A DNA stretch of 64,000 bases from Vulcanimicrobiota bacterium (lineage in GTDB: Bacteria > Vulcanimicrobiota > Vulcanimicrobiia > Vulcanimicrobiales > Vulcanimicrobiaceae), in NCBI GenBank assembly GCA_963714015.1, contig OY970223.1, positions 1,504,001-1,568,000 on the forward strand, in the 5' to 3' direction. The notes under the pieces were generated by a model. That model worked only from the letters and a program-made list of their open reading frames with translations, ran no database searches and was not told the origin of the DNA. The position numbers and the translations under genes were made by a program. This document shows positions 30,350-39,738 of the stretch, piece by piece (the stretch's first letter is position 1; each line of letters starts with the position of its first letter).

Positions 30350-31111
30350 CTAGTGCGAGTCGGCTTCCGTTTGGGATGGACCGGAGTCGTCTGCTTTGAT
30401 GGTGCGTTTGTAGACGATTTTGACCGGCGAGGCGCGGCCGTGCTCTTGCAGCGTGCCGGAAATTGAGAGCGACTCGGTCAGGGCCAGCAGCAGCGAATCG
30501 CCGCGGAGGGCGTAATATGCGGTGCCGTTCATACGCATGGAGCCGCTGATTGACATCTGGGCGTGATCGGGGAGCGGTCCAACCATAGGTCCGGCGGCGT
30601 CGAAATCGACGGCGAGCGCGGGCCGTCCGCTCACGCGGGCGGTTTGGCCGCGTTCCAGATACCCGTGGAGCGTGCCGCCGGTCATTGGAGCCGGAAAGAC
30701 GAACGGCACTCGTCCGGAGAGGTGGAGCAAGTCATGCAGGGTCGAGCTGTCCAGTTCGATTGCAAAAGGCTGGTTAAGGACGGTCAGATAGTCCGGATCC
30801 AAGTCGGTCTTGTCGCGCAGTTCCCCCTGCGGCGTCATCTCCTGAACGAAGGTCGCCCGCGCCGTTACACTGCCGGCCACGTCGGCCCGCGTGTAGCGCG
30901 CCTGCGCGGTAAAGCGCGTGGAGCCGTCCTTGCGCGTGATGGCCAGTGTTTGCACGCCGCTGTAGGCGATGCTTGTGCGCAATTCTCCCTGGCCGATTTG
31001 GTAAGAGTCGTTACCGCTGACCAGGTAGCGCTGGTCCGCGGCCGCCGGAACCGCGAGCGAGAAGACCGCGGCGAGCCCGAAACCGGTGAATCGTTTGCCC
31101 CGAGAAGTGAT
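30350..31111 (-). CDS. Secreted hypothetical protein; probable ATC start
   Basis: ORF extends upstream of TTG 30982 through signal-peptide-like KRFTGFGLAAVFSLAVPAAA. Confidence 0.7.
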   Translation of the reverse strand: MTSRGKRFTGFGLAAVFSLAVPAAADQRYLVSGNDSYQIGQGELRTSIAYSGVQTLAITRKDGSTRFTAQARYTRADVAGSVTARATFVQEMTPQGELRDKTDLDPDYLTVLNQPFAIELDSSTLHDLLHLSGRVPFVFPAPMTGGTLHGYLERGQTARVSGRPALAVDFDAAGPMVGPLPDHAQMSISGSMRMNGTAYYALRGDSLLLALTESLSISGTLQEHGRASPVKIVYKRTIKADDSGPSQTEADSH

Positions 31112-31272
31112 GGCCCGCTCTCTTTCTAGGTGGTATCTCAGGAAAGGTTGTATCTATTATCCCAGGGATTTAGTTTTTGCGAAACGTCGGTTAGATACGT
31201 TTTCGTTGAAACTTTGCTGCCGATATTCTGGGTAGGGAGAAATGTGTACCTAATGAGGGGCTCGACCGAAGG

Positions 31273-32568
31273 ATGAAACCGCTGCGCATCGTCCTAGCGA
31301 TGGTGCTGGCGATAGCATTGCCCTTTGCCCCCGTTCCGGCCATGAGCGCCCCAACTGCTGAAATCCCGGCGACACCCGTGGCGGTTTCGACCACGCTGCA
31401 GCAAATTTATCAGCGCGCGTACGACGAGGCCTATAGCCGCCATGCCGTGGCCGAAGCCGACGGAACGACGTTTGTTTCGACTGGCGACATCGATATGGAG
31501 TGGCTGCGCGATTCGAGCGCGGTCATGACGCCGTACATCGGGCTGGGCCGCACGGACTCCTACGTCCGGACGATGCTGCGCGGCACGATTGCGCGGCAAG
31601 CCAAGTACATTCTCATCGACCCTTACGCAAACGCCTTTACCGAAAATTATCGCGTCGCCGAGCGCAAGTTCGAGATGGACTCGCTCCTGTATCCGATCTG
31701 GTTCTCGTACCTGTACTGGAAGGGGACCGGAGACCAATCGATTTTCACGCCCGAAGTGCAGCGCGCGTTCAAGACGATTCTCGTCACGTTGCGCACCGAG
31801 CAGAGGCACCACCAGCGCTCGCATTACCGCAACCCTGAATTGGCGAACGGCGGCATGGGTACGCCCGTTGCCTACACGGGTTTGGTGTGGACCGGTTTCC
31901 GTCCGTCCGACGATGCAGCGCGCTATCAATACAACATCCCGGACAACATGCTCGGCGTCGTCGTTCTTCGCGACCTGACCGAGATTGAGAAGGCGGTCTA
32001 CCGGGACAAACGCATGGCCGACAACTCGTGGGGTCTGTCGGTCGAAATCCAGCGGGCCATCGAGCGTTACGGTCTGATCAACACGCCGGGCTTCGGCCGA
32101 ATTTACGCGTACGAGATCGACGGCTACGGCCACGCGAACCTGATGGACGACGCGAACATTCCTTCACTGCTCTCGATTCCGTATTTCGGTTACGTCGGCG
32201 GGAACGACGTCGTGTATCAGGCGACGCGGCGCTTCGTGCTCTCGCCCGGCAATCCGTATTACTTTACCGGAAAGTATGCGGCCGGCGTCGGGAGTCCGCA
32301 TACGCCGCACGGCTACGTTTGGCCGCTGGCGCTCGTGATGCAGGCGCTGACCTCGTCCGATTCGCAAGAGATTGCGCGGGTTATGAAATACCTCGCCGCC
32401 TCGGACACCGGAGATCACCGTCTGCACGAGTCGTTCAATTGCGATTGGCCCGAGTCGTACACGCGCGACGATTTTGCGTGGCCCAACGCCCTATTCGCGC
32501 AAATGATGCTGGGCCGGCAAAACCGGCTGCCGCCCATTCTGGAGTCGATGGCGCGCTACGCGCCCTAA
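31273..32568 (+). CDS. Secreted GH125 exo-alpha-1,6-mannosidase-like protein
   Basis: TGDIDMEWLRDS, DPYANAF, ERKFEMDS, FRPSDD, MDDANIPSLLS, GSPHT, HESF. Confidence 0.9.
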   Translation: MKPLRIVLAMVLAIALPFAPVPAMSAPTAEIPATPVAVSTTLQQIYQRAYDEAYSRHAVAEADGTTFVSTGDIDMEWLRDSSAVMTPYIGLGRTDSYVRTMLRGTIARQAKYILIDPYANAFTENYRVAERKFEMDSLLYPIWFSYLYWKGTGDQSIFTPEVQRAFKTILVTLRTEQRHHQRSHYRNPELANGGMGTPVAYTGLVWTGFRPSDDAARYQYNIPDNMLGVVVLRDLTEIEKAVYRDKRMADNSWGLSVEIQRAIERYGLINTPGFGRIYAYEIDGYGHANLMDDANIPSLLSIPYFGYVGGNDVVYQATRRFVLSPGNPYYFTGKYAAGVGSPHTPHGYVWPLALVMQALTSSDSQEIARVMKYLAASDTGDHRLHESFNCDWPESYTRDDFAWPNALFAQMMLGRQNRLPPILESMARYAP

Positions 32569-32611
32569 AAATCTCTCGAGAATTCCGGGACGCAGCTCCT
32601 TTAGCAGATTG

Positions 32612-33286
32612 CTAAGGCTGCACCATTTGGCGCTCTTGCGAGAGCGTGTCCAAGTAGGCAACGGTAAAGAGCACCGCGAGCGGCACGGCCAACGCGCTCG
32701 AGAATGCCATGTCCGTCCAAACCGGGTCGTGCACCGCGCGCGACGCACCGGCGTGCACGTAGTACTCCGCCATCATGACCACCAGCTCGAGCGCGAAGAG
32801 CGAGAAAATGCGCGACATGTTGACCCACGCCAGCATCATGCTGCGTAGAATCGCGAACGGCACCATCGTCAATAGTGCGCCGGCGTCGTCCAGACACACG
32901 TACGGCTCGGCATAGATGAGCATAGCGCCTAAGAAGAGCACGATCGCACCGAACAAGAAGTCGCTGAAGTCGCCGGCCTGCATCGTGGCAAATCCTACAG
33001 TGCTCACGAACGACAGGGCGACGTCGATGACGATGACGGCCCACGCGCGTTCCAGGATTCGAGTCCAGCGTTCCGAAGGCGAGGGAAGTGTCTCGCGCGC
33101 GTCGCAGCCGGCATAGGTCGTTACTACCACGATGATGAGCGGCTGTCCGATCAGCTCGGCGTAGAAGTCAGAGAAGCGTACGTGCACGAAAGCGTAAAAG
33201 GCCGCTTCCAAGCCGAACACGGCGGCGCACGTCACCGTGTACAACAGCCAGCGGCGCGCAAACAAGCGTGCAGATACTACGCCCAA
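32612..33286 (-). CDS. Integral membrane hypothetical protein
   Basis: About 6 hydrophobic segments. Confidence 0.7.
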   Translation of the reverse strand: MGVVSARLFARRWLLYTVTCAAVFGLEAAFYAFVHVRFSDFYAELIGQPLIIVVVTTYAGCDARETLPSPSERWTRILERAWAVIVIDVALSFVSTVGFATMQAGDFSDFLFGAIVLFLGAMLIYAEPYVCLDDAGALLTMVPFAILRSMMLAWVNMSRIFSLFALELVVMMAEYYVHAGASRAVHDPVWTDMAFSSALAVPLAVLFTVAYLDTLSQERQMVQP

Positions 33287-33320
33287 AGGCCGAAACGGGG
33301 GGAATCCGTCGCGATCGCGG

Positions 33321-33644
33321 CTAGGCCAGTTCAGAGTGGCGCACCACGGACCGGCGCACGGGAATGAAGAACCGCACGTCGGCTACGTCGCCGCAGACCA
33401 CCACGTCATCCTCGTCGTCGAACGAGCGCCCGTCGATGTGTACCGTGAAGCGTCCCGAGGCCAGGCCTGCAAGCGTGCTTCGAACGCTGCGGGCGAACTT
33501 GTCCTGCGGCGCGCGCGAGCCGATTACCTCGCGAACGGCCAGTGAAATAAGATCGCGCACGCGCACGGGCGTCGCGAGCGCAAACGCCCCCGAGCCGTTT
33601 ACGGCTACGGCGTGAATATCGAGGGGCACGCGGACGCGAATCAC
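33321..33644 (-). CDS. Hypothetical protein
   Basis: 107-aa ORF filling the gap. Confidence 0.6.
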   Translation of the reverse strand: MIRVRVPLDIHAVAVNGSGAFALATPVRVRDLISLAVREVIGSRAPQDKFARSVRSTLAGLASGRFTVHIDGRSFDDEDDVVVCGDVADVRFFIPVRRSVVRHSELA

Positions 33645-33704
33645 GATGTAAGGTTTAGCCCACCTTCGAGGACCCGCCTGCCGTCAGGGAGTAACGATTC
33701 GGCG

Positions 33705-34106
33705 ATGTCGGTATTTGGCGACTATGCCTCCTCCGAAGTCGTCGACGCGGCGGAGAAATACATCAGCAAAATGGACGAGAACGATCTCGCGTCCGCAATC
33801 GAACAAAGTGAGCGCGCGATGACTCCGCAGGGCCGCGCTCTTTTGGTTGAATCGATCTTCCACGCGTTTCGCGCGCGAGGCGAATCGTCCGAGGATGCCG
33901 CCGAAGGCGCCGGCACCGCGCTCGATGCAATATCGCGCGGCGAACCCGCAGCGATCGCCGCACTGATTGCATACTGCCGCACGAACGCGGGGCTTCTCAA
34001 AGAGGCGGCAACTGCGCTCGTCGAGCGAGAGCCGCAACTCATCGCGCAACTCTCGCCGGCGCTTGCCGACGGTATCGCCGAGCGCCTGCGCAACTCAAAT
34101 AAATGA
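33705..34106 (+). CDS. Hypothetical protein
   Basis: MSVFGDY..., helical; ATGA/TAAATG coupling to the next gene. Confidence 0.65.
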   Translation: MSVFGDYASSEVVDAAEKYISKMDENDLASAIEQSERAMTPQGRALLVESIFHAFRARGESSEDAAEGAGTALDAISRGEPAAIAALIAYCRTNAGLLKEAATALVEREPQLIAQLSPALADGIAERLRNSNK

Positions 34107-34897
34107 ACGACGATCGCCGGCGACGGCGCGCGAATCCGGAACTGGGCATACGGCGCACCAAAAAGGGGCCGCCCAATCCGTACGTTCCCTGGTTGATAAC
34201 GGTTGCTGCAGCCATTGCGGTCGTTGCCGGAGGATGGTTCCTCGGACAAGCGCTCGCGCACGCTTTCGGAGGGCGCGCAACGACCCAGACTGCGCAGACC
34301 CAGGCCTCGAGTGCGCCGATCGTCACGCCGCTCCCGTCACCGTCGGCGACCGAGCTGAGCGAGACGCCGGAGCCCTCGCCGCAACCAACGTTCACCCAGG
34401 CGCCGGCGACTGAACCCTCGCGAGCAGCAACGCCGGCCCCGCCACCTACCGTACCGCCCACGCCCGCACCGGCGCCTACCCAAGCACCTGCTTCACCGGC
34501 GCCTGCGACGCCCGCGCCGCAGGCCGCAGCAACGTCGACGAGGACCGCGCATCCAGCCACGGCAGAGCCCGCAGCGACGGCCGCCGCCGTTACGCCCGCT
34601 CCGGTCGCAGCCGTTCAAAACTCGGGAGCCGAACATACGGTACTCGCGTATATCGATGCGCTCAGGCGCGGCGATCCGCAAAGTGCTGCAGCGCTACTTG
34701 GTAACGGCGTGCCCGACGAGAGTTTTATCGACGCGCAGACCCGCGTGTTAAATATTACTTCGACGTCGAATGCGGACGGCAGCGCGAAAGTCGACGTTCG
34801 GCTGCAGACCGGTCAAGGAACGTATCTGGAGTCTTTTCAAGTCGCGCCGAGCGCGGACGGAAGCCGTATCCTCGACAAGAGCGCGACAAAACAGTAG
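34103..34897 (+). CDS. Membrane-anchored Pro/Ala/Thr-rich protein
   Basis: Single TM segment, low-complexity linker, small C-terminal domain. Confidence 0.7.
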   Translation: MNDDRRRRRANPELGIRRTKKGPPNPYVPWLITVAAAIAVVAGGWFLGQALAHAFGGRATTQTAQTQASSAPIVTPLPSPSATELSETPEPSPQPTFTQAPATEPSRAATPAPPPTVPPTPAPAPTQAPASPAPATPAPQAAATSTRTAHPATAEPAATAAAVTPAPVAAVQNSGAEHTVLAYIDALRRGDPQSAAALLGNGVPDESFIDAQTRVLNITSTSNADGSAKVDVRLQTGQGTYLESFQVAPSADGSRILDKSATKQ

Positions 34898-34925
34898 CGC
34901 GGTGTCGTGTTGAGCGCTCGAGGAG

Positions 34926-35222
34926 CTAGCGATGGAAGGCTGCGCGAATCCTGACGCGCAGCTCTTCGCCGACGAGAAATTCGGCGGCCAGAGCACCGAG
35001 AAACGTGCAGATCGCAACCCAGGAGAACGCGCTTACGGCAAAGATCGGCAAGGACGCGTAGAGTAGTCCAAGCGCGCAAAATCCGAGGACGCAGCCGCCG
35101 ATGAAGCGTAAGGCGCCGATCGGCGTGCGCAACACCTGCGCGAATTGAAACGTCGCGATGTCCCAAACTTGCAAGGCGGCGAACCACATCGCGATCACCG
35201 CCAGCAGCTTGACGAAGATCAT
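34926..35222 (-). CDS. Small membrane protein
   Basis: MIFVKLL..., 3 TM segments; ATGA overlap with sufU. Confidence 0.65.
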   Translation of the reverse strand: MIFVKLLAVIAMWFAALQVWDIATFQFAQVLRTPIGALRFIGGCVLGFCALGLLYASLPIFAVSAFSWVAICTFLGALAAEFLVGEELRVRIRAAFHR

Positions 35223-35611
35223 CCTTCGTCGGGCCAGGCCGCCAGTTCGCCTACCGCGGCACTCTTGAGCACTTTTAAGCCCAGCATTGCGCACTTCATC
35301 CGTGTCGGGCTGATGCCGATACCGACGTTCTCCAGAACGGCTTCCTTCGGCAGACGCGCAATCTCTTCGAGCGTCTTGCCCTTCACCGCTTCGGTCAGCA
35401 TCGAAACCGACGCCTGGCTAATGGCGCAGCCTTTTCCGGAGAAACGCACGTCGCTCACGCGGCGCTGCCCATCGATGTTGAGTTCGACGCGGATTTGATC
35501 GCCGCACAGCGGATTCAGATCCTCTGCAACCGCGTCCGGAGCAGTGAAGTGACCGTAATTTCGCGGATTGCGATAATGATCGAGGATAAAATCTCTGTAG
35601 AAATCGTCCAT
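35219..35611 (-). CDS. sufU: SufU/IscU-type Fe-S scaffold
   Basis: ILDHYRNPRN, NPLCGD, GCAISQAS, RMKCA. Confidence 0.9.
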   Translation of the reverse strand: MDDFYRDFILDHYRNPRNYGHFTAPDAVAEDLNPLCGDQIRVELNIDGQRRVSDVRFSGKGCAISQASVSMLTEAVKGKTLEEIARLPKEAVLENVGIGISPTRMKCAMLGLKVLKSAAVGELAAWPDEG

Positions 35612-35633
35612 TTTAAAAGGCGCTTCGCCCTAG

Positions 35634-35668
35634 GCTCCGCGCCCCCCACGCTGAAGCGTGGGGCCCCC
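35634..35668. repeat. REP-like GC hairpin, homologous to the hairpin in the 125-bp repeat at 1178-1215 and 1303-1340
   Basis: GCTCCGCGCCCCCCACGCTGAAGCGTGGGGCCCCC vs GCTCCACGCCCCCCGCACGCTAAGCGCGCGGGGCCCCC. Confidence 0.7.
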
Positions 35669-35717
35669 ATTTCCTCATGGCGCGTGAAGCATTCTGCCTA
35701 TTCATGGCCTCCCCGAG

Positions 35718-35774
35718 GGCGCCGGGGAGATTGTACGTGGCGCCGGAGAGATTGTACGTGGCGCCGGGGGGATT
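35718..35774. repeat. 21-bp tandem repeat, about 2.7 copies
   Basis: GGCGCCGG(G/A)GAGATTGTACGT at 35718 and 35739, partial copy at 35760. Confidence 0.9.
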
Positions 35775-37017
35775 AGATCTTGAAGACACGAGCTGCCTTT
35801 TCGAGGCCGGCAATGAGGGCGTCTACGTCGCGCTCGGTGTTGTAGATGTAAAACGAGGCGCGCGTAGTCGCGGGCCAGCCCATCTTTTCCATTAGCGGCA
35901 TCGTGCAATGATGCCCGGCGCGGACGCAGATGCCTTCCAGATCCAAGAGCGAGGCCAAGTCGTGCGGATGAATATCGGCAAAGTTGAACGAGATTACGTC
36001 TGCCGTCACGTCGGGATCGCGCGGCCCGTAAATGTTTAAACCGCGCGGCTCCAACGCGCTCAAGCGATCGAACGCGTAGCGCATGAGGGCGCGCTCGTGT
36101 TCGCGGACCCACTCCATCCCGATTCCGTTCAAGTAGTCGATTGCGGTGCCGAATGCAATGGCGTCTGCGATGTTGCTGGTGCCTGCTTCGAACTTCCAGG
36201 GGAGTTCGTTGAACGACGTGGTGGTGTACGCGACCTTTCGAATCATGTCGCCGCCGGTGAGAAACGGCGGCATCTCTTCCAGCAGCGTGCGCTTTCCGTA
36301 CAGGACTCCGATGCCGGTAGGACCGCACATCTTGTGCGCGCTGACGGCATAGAAGTCCGCATCCAGCGCTTGAACGTCGACGGGCATGTTCGGCGCCGCT
36401 TGCGCTCCGTCAACCAGCACGATCGCTCCGGCGGCGTGCGCTCGGGGAATTATCGACTCGAGAGGAGCGATGGTGCCGAGCGTATTGCTCACGTGCGAGA
36501 GCGCGAGGAGCCGGCAACCGTCGAGCAACTCGTCCAGGTCGTCCAAAACGTGCATGCCGCGTTCATCCACGGGGATGAAGCGCAATTCCGCTCCCGTCTT
36601 CTGCGCGAGGAGCTGCCAGGGCACCAAGTTGGAATGATGCTCCAGCTGCGTCGTCAAGATAGCGTCGCCCGAACGCAGATTCTGCAGCCCCCACGAATAC
36701 GAAACGAGGTTGATCGCTTCGGTCGTGTTGCGCGTCCACACGATCTCTTGCGGCTGCGCGTTCAAAAACCCGGCCGCCTTGCTGCGCGCCGTTTCAAAGG
36801 CATCGGTTGCGCGCGCCGCAATCTCGTACACGCCGCGATGGATGTTGGCATTGTAATGGGAGTAATAATCGACGAGCGTGTCGATCACGCACTGCGGCTT
36901 TTGCGAGGTCGCCGCAGAATCCAAATAGACCAGGCGTTTTCCACGCGACGTTCGATCGCGCAAAATCGGAAAATCTGCCATGATGCGCTCGACCATCGGA
37001 TCGGCCGTTCCAATCAT
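35773..37017 (-). CDS. sufS: Cysteine desulfurase SufS
   Basis: YLDSAATSQKP, SAHKMCGPTG, RAGHHC, RASF. Confidence 0.95.
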   Translation of the reverse strand: MIGTADPMVERIMADFPILRDRTSRGKRLVYLDSAATSQKPQCVIDTLVDYYSHYNANIHRGVYEIAARATDAFETARSKAAGFLNAQPQEIVWTRNTTEAINLVSYSWGLQNLRSGDAILTTQLEHHSNLVPWQLLAQKTGAELRFIPVDERGMHVLDDLDELLDGCRLLALSHVSNTLGTIAPLESIIPRAHAAGAIVLVDGAQAAPNMPVDVQALDADFYAVSAHKMCGPTGIGVLYGKRTLLEEMPPFLTGGDMIRKVAYTTTSFNELPWKFEAGTSNIADAIAFGTAIDYLNGIGMEWVREHERALMRYAFDRLSALEPRGLNIYGPRDPDVTADVISFNFADIHPHDLASLLDLEGICVRAGHHCTMPLMEKMGWPATTRASFYIYNTERDVDALIAGLEKAARVFKI

Positions 37018-38207
37018 GCGCTCACCTTTTCTTGCAGCGCGCTTCGTAACGCTTCGCGCAGCGTCTTGCCGGGGAAACGCTCGATGACCGGCTCGAAGAA
37101 CCCGAGCGCGATCATCTTCTCGGCGTTCTCGCGTTCGATGCCGCGGCTCGTCATGTAAAAGATCTGGTCTTCGTCTAAGGCGCCGACCGTGGCTCCGTGA
37201 AATGCCTTCACGTCGTTTGCCGCAATCTCCAAAGCCGGGACGGAGTCGATGTGCGAGCGCTTGGAAAGCAGCAGCGCGTCGTCCCGCAGTGACGATTCGG
37301 TGGCTTGCGCGTGCGCTGCGATGCGAATGTTTCCCAGAAAACGCGCTTGTCCGCGTCCGGTTGCGGCCGATTTGACGAGCGTTTGCGATTGCGAGGCGCC
37401 GACGTTGTGCTCGACCGTGGAAATCATGTCCACGTGCTGTTCCTCGCGCGGAAAGAACAGCGCATTGATCTGCGCTTCGACCCCGGGCTGCTCGACGATT
37501 GCATCCATGGACGAAACGCTGAGCGCGGCGCCGAGTTCTGCGAGGGAACAAGTCAAGCTCGAGTCTTTGCCGGGTTTAGCCGCACGGGTCAAGAGTGCGG
37601 TGCCGCTTTCCGGAAGCTCCTGCAGCGATGCAAAAGTTACCGTCGCGTTCTCCCCGGTCACTATCTCGGCGATCCCGGCGACGAAAGCCCCCTGTACTCC
37701 GCGAATGCGTTCGACCACCGTGCAGCGCGCGCCGCGTTCCAGAACGATCAGCGTATAGGGAAACAGCCCGCCTTGGGCGTCGTAGGTGATCTGAACGGTT
37801 TCGACGGCGCAATCGGCCGGAACGTACACGAACGCGCCGGTGTTGCAAAGCGCTGCCGCGAGCGCCGCAAACTTCGATTGCGAAGGGTCGACGGCACTGC
37901 CGAAGGCTCGTCCGAAAAGCTCGGCGTGATTGCCAGCCGCGGTGCGTAAGTCGCAGGCGATGACGCCGCGCGCCTCCGTTGTTTCAATCCCGGGCGCCGT
38001 TTGGGGATCGACACTCAGTCCGGCGTAATCAAGCGCGTCCAGGTCGATCTTCCAATAGCGGTTGGGCTTTTCGCGGCCGCTGCGCAGTTCGAACGCGCGT
38101 GCCAGGAGTGCTCGCCGCCGGCCGGGAGACAAGACGCTTGCGTCCAGCTTTGCGACGGCGTCCTCGAGCTGTCGCGGAATCTGCGGGGCGATCGTCGCGC
38201 TAGACAA
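37014..38207 (-). CDS. sufD: Fe-S assembly protein SufD
   Basis: PALEIAANDVKAFHGATVG, FYMTSRGI; start approximate. Confidence 0.85.
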   Translation of the reverse strand: MSSATIAPQIPRQLEDAVAKLDASVLSPGRRRALLARAFELRSGREKPNRYWKIDLDALDYAGLSVDPQTAPGIETTEARGVIACDLRTAAGNHAELFGRAFGSAVDPSQSKFAALAAALCNTGAFVYVPADCAVETVQITYDAQGGLFPYTLIVLERGARCTVVERIRGVQGAFVAGIAEIVTGENATVTFASLQELPESGTALLTRAAKPGKDSSLTCSLAELGAALSVSSMDAIVEQPGVEAQINALFFPREEQHVDMISTVEHNVGASQSQTLVKSAATGRGQARFLGNIRIAAHAQATESSLRDDALLLSKRSHIDSVPALEIAANDVKAFHGATVGALDEDQIFYMTSRGIERENAEKMIALGFFEPVIERFPGKTLREALRSALQEKVSA

Positions 38208-38970
38208 GCTGGCCGGTCTCCTCCCGAAGTTTATCGTAGCCTTCACGTTCGATCCGGTGAGCGAGATCCGCGCCGCCCTGCTTGACGATGCGGCCGTCGA
38301 TCATCACGTGAACGACGTCGGGCTCGATGTGCTGCAGAATTCGCGGGTAGTGCGTAATGATCAGAAAGCCGCTATCCTTGCCTTCCTCACTCTTGCAGAG
38401 CGCATTGACCGACTCGCCGACGGCGCGCAGCGCGTCTACGTCTAAGCCTGAGTCGGTTTCGTCCAGAATGGCGTACTTTGGCGCGAGTACCGCAAGCTGC
38501 AGCATTTCGAGCCGCTTCTTTTCACCGCCCGAGAAACCGTCGTTCAGATAGCGCCCCAGAAAACTGGGATCCATGTCCAGCGTCTCGAGCTTCTCCATCA
38601 ACATCGCGCGGAATTTTCCCGGCGTCAGGTCGCCGGGACGAACCGCTTGGCGCGCTGCATAGAGAAAGTTTGCGACTTTCACGCCCGGAATTGCAGCGGG
38701 ATACTGAAAGGAGAGAAACAGCCCCGCGCGCGCACGCTTGTCCGGCGGCAGCGCAAGCAAGTCCTGGCCGTCCATGTCGACGGTGCCGGAGACGATCTTA
38801 TAGTTCGGATGTCCGGTGAGCGAGAAGGCGAGCGTCGACTTGCCGCTGCCGTTTGGTCCCATCAGCGCATGAATTTTCCCGCGTTCTACGCTAAGATCGA
38901 TCCCTCGCAGGATGTGATTTCCGGCGACGTTGACGTTCAAATTATGGATTCGGAGGCCCGGATCGGACAC
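38200..38970 (-). CDS. sufC: Fe-S assembly ATPase SufC
   Basis: GPNGSGKST, FSGGEKKR, DETDSGLD, ITHY. Confidence 0.95.
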   Translation of the reverse strand: MSDPGLRIHNLNVNVAGNHILRGIDLSVERGKIHALMGPNGSGKSTLAFSLTGHPNYKIVSGTVDMDGQDLLALPPDKRARAGLFLSFQYPAAIPGVKVANFLYAARQAVRPGDLTPGKFRAMLMEKLETLDMDPSFLGRYLNDGFSGGEKKRLEMLQLAVLAPKYAILDETDSGLDVDALRAVGESVNALCKSEEGKDSGFLIITHYPRILQHIEPDVVHVMIDGRIVKQGGADLAHRIEREGYDKLREETGQLV

Positions 38971-39019
38971 GGTGATTCTCTGCTCCTCGCTGATTTGGAC
39001 CCGGACGGGTCCGGTTGTA

Positions 39020-39086
39020 ATGCTAGCGCGAGGGCCGTGAGAAAGTCAAGGAAATCCTGGACTATCTTTGGATTTCATGCTACATT
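39020..39086. promoter_or_regulatory. Divergent sigma70 promoters with a central palindrome (candidate SufR operator)
   Basis: Minus strand TTGACT-N18-TAGCAT; plus strand TGGACT-N17-TACATT; palindrome AGTCAAGGAAATCCTGGACT at 39044-39063. Confidence 0.6.
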
Positions 39087-39099
39087 CTGGAGCAGCAAT

Positions 39100-39729
39100 A
39101 TGCAGGCCGACCGTTTCTTTCAGACCACCCGGGGACGCATCGTCGAAGAGCTTCGCCGCCAAAAATCCGCTTCGGCGGTAGACTTGGCGGGGCGCTTCGG
39201 TCTTTCTCCCAATGCTATTCGCCAGCAACTCGTAGTGCTCGAGCGGGACGGGCTGATCGTCGAGAAGTCGGTACGCCGGGGAAAGACCAAGCCCACGTAC
39301 GAGTTCTCGTTGACGCGGGCTGCCGAGAAGCTTTTTCCGCAGCAGTATGACAAGATGCTCGGCGCCGTGCTTCGCGAGGTCAAATCGCAGTTCGGCCAAG
39401 AGGGCGTCAGCAAAGTTTTCGAAGGCATTGCCAAGCGCAGCGTCGCCAAAGCGAAGGAACGCGTGACGGCCGCCGGCGTCCAAGATCGTCTAGCCCAATT
39501 GACCGGCGTGCTCCGCGACGGTGGGGTCGTCGCCGAGTACGACCTTATCGAGGGCGGCTACCTGCTGCGCGAGCACAACTGTCCGTACTCCGAAGTCGTC
39601 AAAGATTATCCCGAGGTCTGTTCCGTCATTCATCACGTCCTCGACGAAACGATCGGTGGAACGCATAAACAAACCGAGTCCCTTGCAACCGGCGGAACGG
39701 AATGCCGGTTCGAAGTGAAAGCCAATTAG
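39100..39729 (+). CDS. sufR: SufR-like HTH transcriptional regulator
   Basis: wHTH domain, HNCPY...C...C Cys pattern; divergent from suf. Confidence 0.8.
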   Translation: MQADRFFQTTRGRIVEELRRQKSASAVDLAGRFGLSPNAIRQQLVVLERDGLIVEKSVRRGKTKPTYEFSLTRAAEKLFPQQYDKMLGAVLREVKSQFGQEGVSKVFEGIAKRSVAKAKERVTAAGVQDRLAQLTGVLRDGGVVAEYDLIEGGYLLREHNCPYSEVVKDYPEVCSVIHHVLDETIGGTHKQTESLATGGTECRFEVKAN

Positions 39730-39738
39730 GAGAACGTT

